From Octopus sinensis (lineage: Eukaryota): DNA of 64,000 bases. A program made the translations under genes and the position numbers. Shown piece after piece: positions 1 through 13,640 of the stretch. The notes under the pieces were generated by a model. That model made no database searches. It saw nothing but the letters and a program-made list of their open reading frames with translations, and was not told the origin of the DNA. The number at the start of each line of letters is the position of its first letter. Position 1 is the first letter of the stretch. Location of the stretch: assembly GCF_006345805.1 (NCBI RefSeq), contig NC_043002.1, positions 23,374,001 to 23,438,000 on the forward strand, read 5' to 3'.

Positions 1-369
1 TTGCTTCTAGTATTTGATAAATCTATTAGTGTTCGTTTACTTAGAAATTATGTCAATATGGGTTATATACACATGATATTCTCAAGTTTAATCTCGTGTA
101 AATACGACATGTACAGACACATTACTGGTAACGCATACAATAACAAATGGGGGGGGGGCGATGGGGGGATTTCGATTGTCACAAGAGAGTTTGATTGTGG
201 ATACACTACATTTGTTGTTGCTGTTGCTGCTACTGTTTTTGCTTTTGTTTTTTTATGTTTTTTTATGATAATGCATTTAGCTCTAGATCAGTCCTTTCGA
301 TTCCACTGAGGTTGACTTTGCCTTTCATCGTTTAGAGATCTATAACAACAACAACAATTATAATGATGA

Positions 370-568
370 TTATGGTGATTTCAACTTTTGGCACAAGTGG
401 GTAAGTTGATTACATCGTCCACAGTACTTAACTAGTACTTATTTCATCGACCTCACAAGAATAAAAAGTAAAGTAGACCTAGGAGGAATTTGAACCCAGA
501 GCGTAAAGACAGGCGAAATACCGCTAAGCATTTTGCCCGCCGTGCTAACGATTCTGCCACACAGTGAA
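370..568 (-). mobile_element. tRNA-derived SINE, family B (octopus-type)
   Basis: The reverse complement reads TGGCAGAATCGTTAGCACGGCGGGCAAAATGCTTAGCGGTATTTCG...GGGTTCAAATTCC (A-box/B-box-like). The same sequence recurs many times in the window (10825, 15499, 31965, 54372, 59149). Confidence 0.8.
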
Positions 569-1167
569 TTAGCAAAGTTGTCAGAGCGTTGGATAGAATA
601 TCTCGTTTCATTTGATTCATCTGCAGCACTTGAGTTCAAATCCCGCCGAAGTCAACTTCACTTCTCATGTTTTCGGGATTACTAAGAAACGGACTGATCC
701 AGGGCAGTGGATTGGTGTAACAATTAGCGAATCGAGTTAGACGCCTTGCAGTATCTTTCACGGCTCTTTGAGTTCTACCAGCAACGCCTGCGACGACACT
801 GGGGACATTCTTTCCGATAAACACTGGTGATGTAAAGAAAGAAGATTTGCATGTACGAGTAACTGCTAGACCTCCGCAAAAGATGTTGCCCAAGTCTGCA
901 CATGCATCATCAGAGGCAATCCTCCAACAATCCTCCAAAAATAGGATTAGCCTTGAACCCGTAACTACTAACTAATGCTACTACCTCTGCTGTTTTTGTT
1001 GTAACTGAAGTCATAAGAAAAATCTATAACAAAATTTACCTTACGAACAGCAGCAATAATAAAAACAAACTCACGAACTGTGAAAGCAATAACAAAACAA
1101 CTACTACTACTGACTCAGCTGCTGTTATTGCTACTACTACTACTTCTACTACTACCACTACTACTAT

Positions 1168-1213
<46 letters not shown>

Positions 1214-1315
1214 GTTGCTACTAATGTTGCTACGATTGGTAGTTTTGTTAATTTATATAACACTGTTCAGCTTCTTCAATTTCCTCTCAGATCAAAGACT
1301 TTTTTGATTACACAA

Positions 1316-1420
1316 AATTTTCCCGCCGTCCCTGTATTATACCATTATTTTAGTTATGCCAACCTGATATTTGGGACATTAAAACGTGTCCTTTTTCATT
1401 GTAATGACGGTGGGAAATTA
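1316..1420. mobile_element. Small MITE-like element
   Basis: Imperfect terminal inverted repeats AATTTTCCCGCCGTC ... GACGGTGGGAAATT about 100 bp apart. Confidence 0.4.
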
Positions 1421-1589
1421 GCCGACGGTGGGTAACCGGAACTGCATTGATTAGTATGAGTGACTACATAAACACAACTGCCCTGGTTTGATAATGTTTT
1501 ACAATATTAGTTTTACATGATGAGGACTTGTCTAAAGCAAAGTACACAAGAATTTTTATTATATTCAGATTATCTAAATAAATATGTGC

Positions 1590-1620
1590 ATATATATATA
1601 TATGTGTGTAATATATATAT

Positions 1621-1674
<54 letters not shown>

Positions 1675-2150
1675 ATATAATATATAATATACACATTGAG
1701 TAAAATACAACGAACAATATAAGGCACATAGGAGAACAAGCTTTAACAAATACGGCATTAGCTTAACGCTTTAATGGATATGCGTGTATATATATATATA
1801 TGAATGAATAAATGTATGCATATATGTATGTGTGCGTGTGTGTATATGTGTGTGCGTTTGTGTGTAAGTATGTGTGTGCGTATGTGTGTGGTGTATGAAT
1901 AAATCTATGTGTGCGTGTGTGTATGTGTATGTGTGTGCGAATGCATGTCAGTATGTGTGTGCGTGTGTGTGTAGTGTGTGGGTAAACTTGTAGTGGGGTA
2001 TGCATATTACTAATACACAACTCTGTGCACTTCATTATTCTGTGGAGGTGGTGCGTGTGTGTGTATGTGTGTATGCGTGTGTGGGTGGGTGGGTGCATGT
2101 GTGTGTGCTTGTGTGCATATGTGTGCATGTGCGTGTGTACATGATTGTGT
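1590..2150. repeat. (TA)n / (TG)n / cryptic purine-pyrimidine microsatellite block
   Basis: Directly visible. It accounts for the [12 protein letters not shown] ORFs here. Confidence 0.95.
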
Positions 2151-2329
2151 ACATGCGTTCTTCCCTGGAGCCGCAAACGGAGAATTCCTAAAATGTTTTG
2201 CAGCTTTTCACCGTGGCTTTAATCTCAAAACTGTATTTAGAGAATGCTAATGTGTTTGTTTTTTGTTGTTTTTTTTTGTTTCCTTTTTTTTTTTCGGAAA
2301 ACCACCAACATTTCTAAATTTTTATGCCG

Positions 2330-2600
2330 ATCTGTTGTTGCATAACTCAAAACACGTATTATAATAGGAAAAAATAGAAATCTATATTTTTGGTATGAAA
2401 GCTGTAAGTTTCTCATTTATTCTCTATAGATATTCTTGTTACCCAATTTTTAACGTGACATTCACATCCGCCTAGCAGTTGATCCATGTAACTGTGCATG
2501 ACTTTTGCCTGTCCCAAATAACAATATCTGGCTTGTTGCGCTTATAACGGGTAACTGTTTTTACTGGTCTTTTCCACGAGTGTTCATTATTTTTGTTAAA
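2330..2600 (-). mobile_element. R4/Dong-like RLE non-LTR retrotransposon, endonuclease fragment (degenerate)
   Basis: Minus-strand translation gives KTVTRYKRNKPDIVIWDRQK..CTV..I.C.ADVNVTLKI, i.e. the PD..(D/E) restriction-like endonuclease motif, with stops and frameshifts. Confidence 0.7.
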
Positions 2601-2604
2601 TATT

Positions 2605-2795
2605 CTTTTATTCTTTTAATCTTTTACTTGTTTCAGTCATTTGAGCAAATCGCTCCCAGGACTTATTCTTTGTAAGCCTAGTACTTATTCTATCGGTCTC
2701 TTTTGCCGAAGCGCTAAGTTACGGGGTGGGGGCGTAAACACACCAACATCAGTTGTCAAGTGATGTTGGGAGGACAAACAAACATACACACACAC

Positions 2796-2831
<36 letters not shown>

Positions 2832-2967
2832 ACATACACACACACACACACTCATAAGGCTTTGGTCGGCTCGAGGCTATAGTAGAAGACACTTGGCCAC
2901 GGTGCCACGCAGTGGGAATGGACTCTGAACAATGTGGTTGGTAAGCAAGCTACTTACCACACAGCCA
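2605..2967 (-). mobile_element. tRNA-derived SINE, family A (OR-type, internal microsatellite)
   Basis: Head GGCTGTGTGGTAAGTAGCTTGCTTACCAACCACAT (minus strand), internal (CA)n, tail ...GACTGAAACAAGTAAAAG. Multiple copies in the window. Confidence 0.85.
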
Positions 2968-3328
2968 TACATTCTGGTTCTGGTGTGCCTTTGGCACGGC
3001 TGTCAGGATAATCCTACCTTCAGAGGATTGTCCTGTCTCATGGGAAAGCAGAATCTTGCAAAAATTTATGCTGATTATGATTTATAAGTGATATCAGCCA
3101 CACTGATATGACACAATTGGTATTTTCTATAACAAAGTGGATGTCTAGAGACATTCTTATCTCTCTTGGTGATTAGGTATTTACTAGTTATCTTATGTTA
3201 TAGGATTGCAAAAGAGTAGCCTTCTAAGTTGAGAAGTGATGTATATATCCGTATATGTATCTGCGAATATATCTAACTATGTGTATGAATATGCGTACGT
3301 GTGTGTGTATGTATATGTATATGTTTGT

Positions 3329-3650
3329 GAAGGCACGTGGCTTAGTGGTCGGGATATTCGGTCAGGGTAATCGGCTCACGGTTGTGAGTTCAATTCCCGG
3401 CAGCATGTTGTGTCCTTGAGCAAAACATTTTATTTCCCATTGTTCCAGTTTACTCAACTGGCCAAAATGAGCCGTAATTCAAAGGGCCAGCCTTGTCCCA
3501 ATCTGTATCACGCTGAATCTCCCTGAGAACTACGTTAAGGATAGGCGTGCCCGTAGAGTGGTCAAGCATTCGCTCGTTAATTTTACTAGCAGGCTGTTCC
3601 GTCGATCGGATCAACTGGAACCCCCGTCGTCGTAACCGACAGAGTGTCAG
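3329..3650 (+). mobile_element. tRNA-derived SINE, family C
   Basis: GAAGGCACGTGGCTTAGTGG (A box) ... GAGTTCAATTCCCGG (B box) ... TGTGTCCTTGAGCAAAAC. Related segments occur at 10540, 24205 and 37610. Confidence 0.75.
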
Positions 3651-3844
3651 TATATATATATATATATATATATATATTAAGTATAGGAAAGAATGGAGCT
3701 GAACGAAGATTTAACAAAATTCCTTTATTTTATTTTCGACATATGTTTCGAAGTCTGCCCTTTTGTTGGGGGTGTTTGCTACCCAGGTATCGGTTATCTT
3801 TCGAATTATCCGAATAGAGAAATTCGTTTGTCTACTTAAATATA

Positions 3845-3891
<47 letters not shown>

Positions 3892-3929
3892 ATATATCTA
3901 TATAGATATATATAATATATATATAATAT

Positions 3930-3972
<43 letters not shown>

Positions 3973-4012
3973 ATGTATGTATATGCATATATATATATAT
4001 ATATATATATAG

Positions 4013-4057
<45 letters not shown>

Positions 4058-4064
4058 GTATGTA

Positions 4065-4105
<41 letters not shown>

Positions 4106-5593
4106 CATAATATATGTGTATACGTATGTATATATATGTGTGTGTGTGTATATGTGGAGATGTGAGAGTCTGTATTGCGACTCGATATGTTTATGAATGT
4201 ATGTATGTTGTGTGTATGTATGTATGTATGTGTAACATATGTCAGCTGCCATCAAATATAAAATAATTAACAAATCAAGACAGCTTCTCTCCGCATACAG
4301 AGTTAAATGGGTTTCAGACGGACAGATGACGTTATTAAGAACGCCATTGAATGACTTGATAAAATTATTGATCCGATAAAGTGGCTTTGGGCTGACTATT
4401 TGTCTTTATATATGCGTATACGTTTATATGTGTGAGATTATGTGTGTGCATATATATGCTTGAATGTAAGCATACATATGTGCAAATATAAATGTGCGTG
4501 TAAATATCGATATATATTCATATAAATATAAGCATACAATTATGTGTACGTTATACGTACATATGCATCATATATATGTATGTATATAGATATATATTAT
4601 ATTACATACATATATATGTAATATGTATATATATATTTGGAACCGTCTAATATATGCGCATGAGTAATATTCAATATCGGATGTTAATGTGTCACTGTGT
4701 ACCATGTATGCATATGTCCATTTATATGTCTACTGAGACTGCAAGTTAGCGGTTGCTAAGTCTATTTATTAAAAAATAGTTATATCACTCTAACTTTATT
4801 ACTCATTAATCACTGAGTAGTATTTGAAGAGAAGAGAGAGAAGAAAAGAGAAATTAAAGAAAAAAATATGTCTATTCAATTGGGATTTCATATTTCCTCT
4901 GTTGGGATGACATTGATATTTCTATGTAAGCACTTAATCTATTAAAGATATTAGATAATTCCTAAATTACTAATTGGGCGCGAAATATTGTTTGAAGAAA
5001 TAAATATGAAATTGAAAATGGAAAGAGAGTGTATGTGGTATGAGAATTTCAAATTGCTCCCAACGGGATGTCGATAAGTATTTTAGTAGGTATCTACTCA
5101 TGTGAGTGTGCAAAAAATTCAATGTAGCGAACGCCTACTTATGCTAGTTTGATGCATCGAGATCACAAGCTTTCCTGTGGAGCAACGAGAACGCATTTAC
5201 TTGGTATAAGTTGACGCTTTATCTGAGAAAAACCTTTAAAAAACAGCCTTGATTATTCAAGTATGATGACAAACTAATTTAAAGAGAGGCTTCATCCACA
5301 TATAACATCACAAAGGAGATAAAATACAAAACAAAACATATGTCGTTTTGACAAATAACATTACATATTACCCCATATCATTAAATGGCCACTGTACGAT
5401 ATAAAACCTCATAAAACATAACAGCCAATGAGGAAATATGCCCAACTATTAAATCAGTGATACACAATACATCACGATTCAAATTTGAGAAGCAACACAA
5501 AGTAGGAAAATTAAGAAACGTTGATTACCTTGTCATGACGAAACGAAAAGTAGTAAAGTAATAATAGAATATTCAGTTAATCTAATAAACATA

Positions 5594-5628
<35 letters not shown>

Positions 5629-5930
5629 AATTGTTTAATGTATGTATCTAAAATTCTAATTTGCGAGTTTCATTGAGAAATGCAAACAAATATTTATATC
5701 TTTTTGTCACTTGGAAAATATTGAACTGTTCTAAGTAGTTTCATTTCTATTTGGAGAGTCATCGAAGAACAAACACTTTCATTTCAAATTTCTGATTATT
5801 CAATATACATACATGCATATATACATATATACGCGTGTGTCTGTGTGTATATATATACATATATATGTGTGTGTATGTATTCGCATATCTATTTATGTAT
5901 GTGTATATATACACGTATATATATATATAC

Positions 5931-5985
<55 letters not shown>

Positions 5986-6363
5986 CGAGGAGAGAATTGG
6001 TGAAATAGGGAGATATTTGGATAGATGCATACGTACAAACATCCAAATACACCTGTATATATAAGTTTAGATAGATGTACATAAACACATATACAATACA
6101 CACACGTGCAATTGTAAGCACATGCACACATGGACATAGGTTTATATACATATGTATAAATACACACATACACACACACATATGCACGCGTATGTGGGCA
6201 TGTGCTTAAGTTTGTATATGCGTGTGCATGGATAGGTATTTATGTGTATATATATTATATATATATTATGTATATATATATATATATATATGCATCTACT
6301 TATACATATATTTATACACACACACGCACATACACACACGCACATACATACATACATACATAT

Positions 6364-6423
<60 letters not shown>

Positions 6424-6649
6424 CATATGTACGTATAAACGTATAAAAATATGGAAGAGTTACTATAAAATAGTCAAGAGTGAAACTCGCTTGTACTTTC
6501 AGTAATGCATTAATGCAGTGTGTGTGTGTGTATCTGTGTATCTGAGTGCATGTGTATGTATGCGTGTAAACGTGCGAGTGCGCATGAGTTAGGGGGAAAT
6601 ACAGAGATTAAATATAACTCTAGAATAGAATTAAACAGACAAGCTGTCT

Positions 6650-6706
6650 CAAATAGACAGATACACAGACAGACAGACAGACAGATAGACAGACAGATAG
6701 ACAGAT

Positions 6707-6773
<67 letters not shown>

Positions 6774-6774
6774 C

Positions 6775-6868
<94 letters not shown>

Positions 6869-6961
6869 GTAGATAGATAGATAGATGTGTATTATATATG
6901 TTTTGTATGTATAGTGTATATATATATATATACATAAAGTTCATATACGGAGAGAGAAATG

Positions 6962-7032
<71 letters not shown>
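6650..7032. repeat. (GACA)n/(GATA)n microsatellite
   Basis: Directly visible long tetranucleotide arrays. Confidence 0.97.
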
Positions 7033-7033
<1 letters not shown>

Positions 7034-7437
7034 TGCATATGCATGTGTGTGTGTGTGTTTGTAGTGGAGGAATGAACAGCAGAAGGTGTAGACTCGTCTA
7101 AAATTTGTCTTTAAATAATAATCTACAATTAATTCGAAGACTGATCGATAAAGAGGAAGGATAAAAATCGATGTTGTTGTAGTAGTAGTAGTAGTAGAAA
7201 CTATTTTGTTTTTCTAGTCTCCATTTTTTGTTATTGTTTTATTGTGTTTGTTTTTGTTTTTTGCTGTTCTTCATATTGCTGTTGTTGTAGCTTTTCATAT
7301 GTAGTTGTTCTTGTAGTTGATGCTATTTCTCCAATGCTAACGTTGCTGCTGTTGTTGCTGCTGCTGTTGTCTTTGAGTTTCAAATTTTGGAGTTGTTGTT
7401 GCTGTAATTATCGCTGTTTTACTTGTTGCTGTTATAT

Positions 7438-7484
<47 letters not shown>

Positions 7485-7561
7485 GCTTTTTGTTATTGCT
7501 GATCTGCTTGTTCGTATTACTATTGTTAGTATTTATTTATTTCTAGATTTTAAGCATATTT

Positions 7562-7595
<34 letters not shown>

Positions 7596-8782
7596 TTATC
7601 GTTCGTACTTTCATAATTATTGATTTATTTCCTCCAATGGAAAGCCAGTCGTTCTTTTCAAGAAATAAAGAAATAAATACAAATATGAATAGATAAACAG
7701 ATAAATAAATAAACAAGCGCAAGACATTAAAACGAAAGAAAACACATACATTAAAACAAAACTAAAATAACAAAACAAAGCATATTTAAAACGAAATCTT
7801 AGAAAACGAAATGAATCAATATGGCGTCTCTATAATTTAACATCCCAGCGATCATTGTGTGAAATGGAGTTAACGTTTTTGTTTTCGCTTTCGTTCTTTG
7901 ACTACATTCTCTGTCCGCCCAGATATTTAAATACTGCAACTCTCTTTATCCATCCATCCAACTATTTCTGAATCTTCATGCTTTTCCCACATTCCCAGCA
8001 TATTCCATATTCCTTTCCTTCATACGTACTTTTCCCCTTCCTCTCCTACTTCTTCATCTTCCTCTTTTTCTTCTCTTCTATGCATGTTTTTCTACTTCTC
8101 TTTTGTTTTTCTTCTCTTTCTACCTGTATTTCTTCTACTTCTTTTATGTTTCTGTTTCTTCTCTTTCTCCTACTTCTGCCTCTTATACTTTTTTCTCTTC
8201 TCTTTCTGCTATTTCTTCTATTTATATTTCTTTTATACTCACTCCTTTTCTTCTTCTTTCAGCTTTTCCTTACCTTATATTATTATTACTGCTGTTGTCA
8301 TCCTTTTGAATCTTAGCTCTCCGTTGTTATTCCACCAGTACTGAATTGCTAGACACCAGGCTGCGTCCCACAGCCTTAAGTATCTGAGTACCTTTGTTAT
8401 GACTGACGTATCGTCAAGCAAGCAAACTTTCTGTAGCCTATACGAACTTCTGGAAAATTTAAAAGTGGGTAAAACAAATAATGAGTTGATAAAGAAAGAA
8501 ACCGAAAACAAATACCTGGTGCCCTAGGGAACAGACGGGCAAAAATACACCAACGGTCTAAAGGTGGCCAGGTGACCACTACTCAAATTGGGAAACTTCA
8601 CTGTTCGGATAACACAAAAGATGCTCGTTGCCAAGTTCGAAGGATCAAAGTCATGGAGTGACTTGATCTTAATCCAGTGATAGCTTCTCATATTTTGGGG
8701 GTTGGTGGCAAATTTTTGCGTTGTGTTAATATATTGTATTGTTTTGCTGCCCACCCAATCCCTACTTTTAAAGAAATAAATT

Positions 8783-8816
<34 letters not shown>

Positions 8817-8817
<1 letters not shown>

Positions 8818-9030
8818 GAGGGGATGCTAAAAAGTTCCTGGCTTTGGGTAAAATAAAGTACAGGAGGATCAGTTATTGATTTTATCAACCATATTCCCCT
8901 CTCAAATTCACACACTTATTGCAGCGGTCCTTCAGATTTTCTGAGCCCTGTAAAAGAACTCGGAAGCTTGGGCCTCCGACCAGGCCTTTCGCGATGCCCT
9001 TAAAACCAGGAACTTTTCACCACCCCGTCG
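8817..9030. mobile_element. Mariner-derived MITE
   Basis: TA|CGAGGGGATGCTAAAAAGTTCCTGG ... CCAGGAACTTTTCACCACCCCGTCG terminal inverted repeats. A second, more degenerate copy lies in the opposite orientation at 44342-44548. Confidence 0.75.
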
Positions 9031-9219
9031 TGTATATATTTTGTTTAGGCATTGCGAGACTAATAACCTGGTGTAGAACTCGATACATACACACATACAT
9101 ACATACATACATACATACATACATACATACATACATACATACATACATACATACATACATGTTTTGTACTCCTTTTTATATAACACATTTTTTATTATTT
9201 ATACAGTTCCTTGTGGCCA

Positions 9220-9400
9220 ATAACGAAAGGATTGCGGCTCTTTATGTTCTGAGTTCAAATCCCACTGAAGTCAACTTTGCTTTTATTTTTTCGGGGTAGA
9301 TAAAATAAAGTACTAGTCATTTACTAGAGTCGATATGATCGGCAAACCTTCTTCCCTAAAATCGCTAGCTTTGTGCCAAAATGTGAAAGAGTCATCATCA
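9220..9400 (+). mobile_element. SINE family B (degenerate)
   Basis: GTTCTGAGTTCAAATCCCACTGAAGTCAACTTTGC...GATAAAATAAAGTAC matches the other family B copies. Confidence 0.7.
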
Positions 9401-9773
9401 TCACCACCACCACCACCACCATCATTATCATCATCATCATCATCGTCGTCGTCATCAACATCATTATCATTATTTCTTGCGCTGGAACGAATTGTTTGTT
9501 TTTGTCTCCGAAAACTTGGATGTTGTGGAAAGTTTGTAATTTATGTATACCACTGTGAAACAAAGATATCTATTACCTATTTACATTGTCTTCTTCTTCG
9601 GAGCAAAACGACACCTCACATAAACATTATAGTTCGTTCGACTTATTTTCAATTTCTGTAATGCTTTGTATAATATAAGAACAAATCAATTCTACCAAGA
9701 TGACTTCCTTAAAAGAAAAATCTAAATGTTTCTACAAACGCTAGGTGGTAAAATAAGAACATGAATACAAACA

Positions 9774-10336
9774 TTGGGTTGTCCGGAAAGTTCGTGCCGA
9801 TTCATAGGAGCTTACCTTTCGACTTATTTTAGAAAATGGTTGAGTCCATAAAATAGGATTTGACTGCGCCTCCATTTAGAGCACAGTTTAAGCAATCTTT
9901 TCGTGGAAGGTTTATGTTACTATAATCTGTGTTAATTCTGTAACCCTTTAAAATGGAAGATAAGAAAGTTCATTTTCGGCACTTGATGCTTTGGGAACCA
10001 GACAAAAATTGCTGCAGCTCGGCTGAGATGTGTTACCCCATCCTCCATATTCACCAGATATTGCTCCTTCAGATTTCCACTTATTCAGGTCCCTGCAGAA
10101 TAGTCTTAATGGTAAAAATTTCAATTCCTTGGATGACGTAAAAAGATACCTTGATAAATTCTTTGCCATGAAACCACCTCAATTCTGAGAAGAGGGTATT
10201 TTCAAGTTAAAGGAAAGATGGAGACGCATTGTGCAACAAAATGGTTCATATTTGGTTGATTAAAAATGTAATGGCAAGTATTTATTGACCTTTTTCTTTC
10301 CTTTAAAAATCGGCACGAACTTTCCGGACAACCCAA
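9774..10336 (+). mobile_element. Internally deleted mariner (DD34D) element
   Basis: Perfect ~29-bp TIRs (TTGGGTTGTCCGGAAAGTTCGTGCCGATT / AATCGGCACGAACTTTCCGGACAACCCAA) with right TA TSD. The transposase N-terminus MEDKKVHFRHLMLWE is joined directly to the C-terminal HPPYSPDIAPSDFHLFRSLQNSLNGK...ERWRRIVQQNGSY. Confidence 0.92.
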
Positions 10337-10824
10337 TACTTTACACTGGCACAGACTTTTCGGAAGGAAATATAATTAAGATTTTTCGAGTAACGAAGAT
10401 GACTTTGATGTTCCGCTCGATAATAACGACAACAAAAGCGGATAAAACAACACTATCACTTAAATGTTTGTGTGTGTTTTTTTCAGAAAATTTTATAGTG
10501 AAAATGAAACGAATCATATATTGTAGGCATTTATGTGAGTGAAGGCGCCTAGCCAAATAGTCAGTGTGTTGTCAGTTTCGGTACCTGGACTGGGTAGTGC
10601 GTGGTGTAGTATTGTTGAGCAAAAGACTTCATTTTACGTTGCTCCAGTTCTCTCAGTTGTGAGTAACCATCTGATGGACTGGCGTATCGTTCAGGGAGAA
10701 TGCTGTGAGTTCGGTTAACTATACATGAAAAGCGGCTTGATGACTCCTAGAACTCAGAACAGTAGTGCCCAGGGGTTGTTGATTTCGATGATGATGATTA
10801 ATATATATATGTACGTAGTAATGT

Positions 10825-11035
10825 AGAGAGCAGACAGAATCGTTAGCACGCCGCGCAAAATGCTTAGCGGCATTTCGTCCGTCTTTACGTTCTGAGTTCA
10901 AATTCCACCGAGATCGACTTTACCTTTTATCATTTCGGGGTCGAGGAAATAAGCATCAGTTGAGCGCTGTGGTTGATGTAATCAATTTAACCACTCCCCC
11001 GAACTTGCTGGCCTTGTACCAAAATTTGAAACCAG
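10825..11035 (+). mobile_element. SINE family B
   Basis: GCAGACAGAATCGTTAGCACGCCGCGCAAAATGCTTAGCGGCATTTCGTCCGTCTTTACGTTCTGAGTTCAAATTCC. Confidence 0.85.
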
Positions 11036-11049
11036 CATATTTGTATGTA

Positions 11050-11912
11050 GTTTTGGGGATTTTCTCTTTTGTCTTGGGGATTAAGAGGATAATGTTGTTC
11101 TCTATAATCCATTCAAGTGTTGTTTCTGGAGTTTGTTTTTCATTGAATCTTTAATACTTCTGCTACCACAGTGGGCCTTTTAAATATTTTAACTCGAAAT
11201 TTACATTTTTAATTCTTTGTATTTTCTGCTTTGTCACATTCGAGCTATTTGCCGTGCTGTTAATACTTCCAGTTGTTGTTCAATTGCTACACTCATTATT
11301 TTAAACATTCTCACTTGTAAAGATCCCTTCGCTGTTCATACTTCTCAACCGAACACTTCTACTTGTCTTGCTGTTAGTATTGAATTGATTTCTATTTTAA
11401 TTTTACCTAGCTCTTGGTAAAAATCATTTCGCTTTGGAGTTGAACCAATTGTTTTGCTCAAAAACAAATTGTTGGATTTTTCAAAATGGTGGATTGCTTA
11501 CAAATTAATGAGGATTTCGCGTTTTAGGCGTTCTTTGTTTACGAGTATTTCTTGTTTTTTTTTTCCTTTCATTTCTGTAGAATTTGTCTCTTTTATTTTC
11601 ACTCGAATCCTTCCGTTATTGATTTCCTTAAGGACAGGATGGTCTTTTCTTTCTATTTTTCTCAATGTGTTTATTTTCCACCTTGTTTGCTTCATTTTAG
11701 ATCGTCATATATCAGAAATTCTCAGGGAATACCAACTCTTCTTTGTAACTACCCTGGCTACTGCGTAGCTTATTTGATATATTCAAGTGATATTGATATT
11801 TGCATTTGTTTTCACTAAATCTGAGATGTCTACGCTTGGTGGTGGTGGTGGTGGTGGTGGTGGTGGTGGTGGTGGTGGTGGTGGTGTTTGCTGTTGTTGC
11901 TGCAGCTGCTGC

Positions 11913-11954
<42 letters not shown>

Positions 11955-12480
11955 CAGTATTTTATTGTTGTTTTATTTTCAAAAGTTACTTTCCTTAGTC
12001 CATAAGAAGATCTATCGATTTTAATTCTTTGACCATTTCTACCTTTACATAATTGTCATAATCGAAATTTCCATCTTTAGAAGTTTTTATTCCCGAATCT
12101 GTTTCATATTCACTTGCATTCATAGTTTCGTTTGTGTAGTTTGGGTTCGACATTTGTTGGTCAGTTTTCTATGGATATTCTTGAGTTTGATTTTGTTGTT
12201 TAGTCTGGCGTGTGCTAGATCTAGCTTCATGATTTACATTCTCAATGTTTATAACTTTAGCATTTTCATTCTCTTTTTCTTTGTTTCATACTTATTTGTA
12301 TTTTCCTTATATATTCTTTATTCCGAGTAATCTGTTTCTATGTCTGATATCGTTTGGGTTTGGAGAAGACATCTGAAATTAGTTTCGCTGTTGGGATCCG
12401 AAGTTACTTGTAGATCAGGGTTGTTTTCTCTCCAGATTTTATATGTACTTGTTGTGGTGGTCTCGTTTAGGAGGTAGGAT
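11050..12480 (-). mobile_element. R4/Dong-like non-LTR retrotransposon, N-terminal/pre-RT fragment (highly degenerate)
   Basis: Minus-strand patches TYKIWRENNPDL, QNNWFNSKAK.FYQELGK and TPETTLEWII.NIILLIPKTKE resemble the N-terminal region and RT domain 0/1 of R4/Dong ORFs. Interrupted by (GGT)n/(GTT)n at 11830-11955. Confidence 0.55.
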
Positions 12481-12933
12481 CTACCTGTAAAATAAGCATG
12501 TGGTATAGAAAATTATTCCTCCGGCACCTAAATAACAGAAATAATCAGTGAAAAGCAGTGCCTTTTTTGAAAAATCTGTTACAACTGTGATGTTGTTGGT
12601 AAAACATGTTCTTTGTCTATCTCCTTATCCTCTTGGTGCTTTTGGAAGAAAATTATACTAATGAGTCCTTCGATTTTAACTAAATTCTATATTTTTATTA
12701 TGTTCCCACACATAAAACGCTACCACGTGGACTCTGCTGAAACTAGTAAGAAACAATTATGATTTTTTTCTTTTATTACACTTAACTTTTAAAATATACA
12801 TATTTTTGATAAGGTTCGTTTTTTCAAGAAGAACCGAAACATGTAAAATCTCTCAGAAAATTAAAATTTATCTTATATAGTGGCGTTTTCAAACTTCTTT
12901 TTTATAAATATATACCCACTCGTATACGACCTA

Positions 12934-12977
<44 letters not shown>

Positions 12978-12987
12978 TATATATATA

Positions 12988-13640
12988 TTCTTTTATTCTT
13001 TTATTCCTTTATTTGTTTCAGTCATTTGACTGTGGCCATGCAGGAGCACCGCCATCCGTCGAACAAATCGACCCCAGGACTTATTTTTTGTATGCCTAGT
13101 ACTTATTCTATCGGTCTCTTATGCCGAACCGCTAAGTTACGTGGACATAAACACACCAACATCGGTTGTCAAGCGATGGTGGGGGACAAACACAGGCACA
13201 CAAACGTATAAATATTGAGTTGGTGAATAATTATTGCGTCTTTTTTTCAACAAATTTTATTCAACAAAAACAATAATAATATTTAACAAAAGCATCTTTA
13301 AATGACGGTCTGACAGCCTGCCAAGCAAACGGGAAGCAGTAATTGAAGTAGATGGTGAATATGCTCCGGAATAATCATTTAAAGATGTTTTTGTTACATG
13401 TTGCTATTGTTTTTGTTCAATAAAATTTATTGAAAAAAGCCACAATAATTATGTACCAACCCAATATATATATATATACGACAGATTTCTTTCAGTTTCC
13501 GTCTACCAAATCCACTCACAAGGGTTTAACTGGCCCGAGGCTATAGTAGAAGACACTTGCCCAAGGTGCCACGCAGTGGGATTGAACCCGGAACCATGTG
13601 GTTAGTAAGCAAGCTACTGACCACACAGCCACTTCTGTGC
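12988..13640 (-). mobile_element. SINE family A interrupted by a MITE
   Basis: Tail at 12988-13207 and head at 13470-13640 (TGGCTGTGTGGTCAGTAGCTTGCTTACTAACC...GGTTCAATCCC), split by the MITE at 13215-13464. Confidence 0.85.
13215..13464. mobile_element. Mariner-type MITE
   Basis: TA TSD on both sides and ~60-bp imperfect TIRs (TTGAGTTGGTGAATAATTATTGCG...CAACAAAAACAATA / TATTGTTTTTGTTCAAT...CAATAATTATGTACCAACCCAA). Confidence 0.85.

Noticed and set aside
775-965. Possible plus-strand exon after TTCTACCAG (ATPATTLGTFFP...)
   Set aside because: It is adjacent to SINE sequence, has no recognisable domain and has no partner exons.
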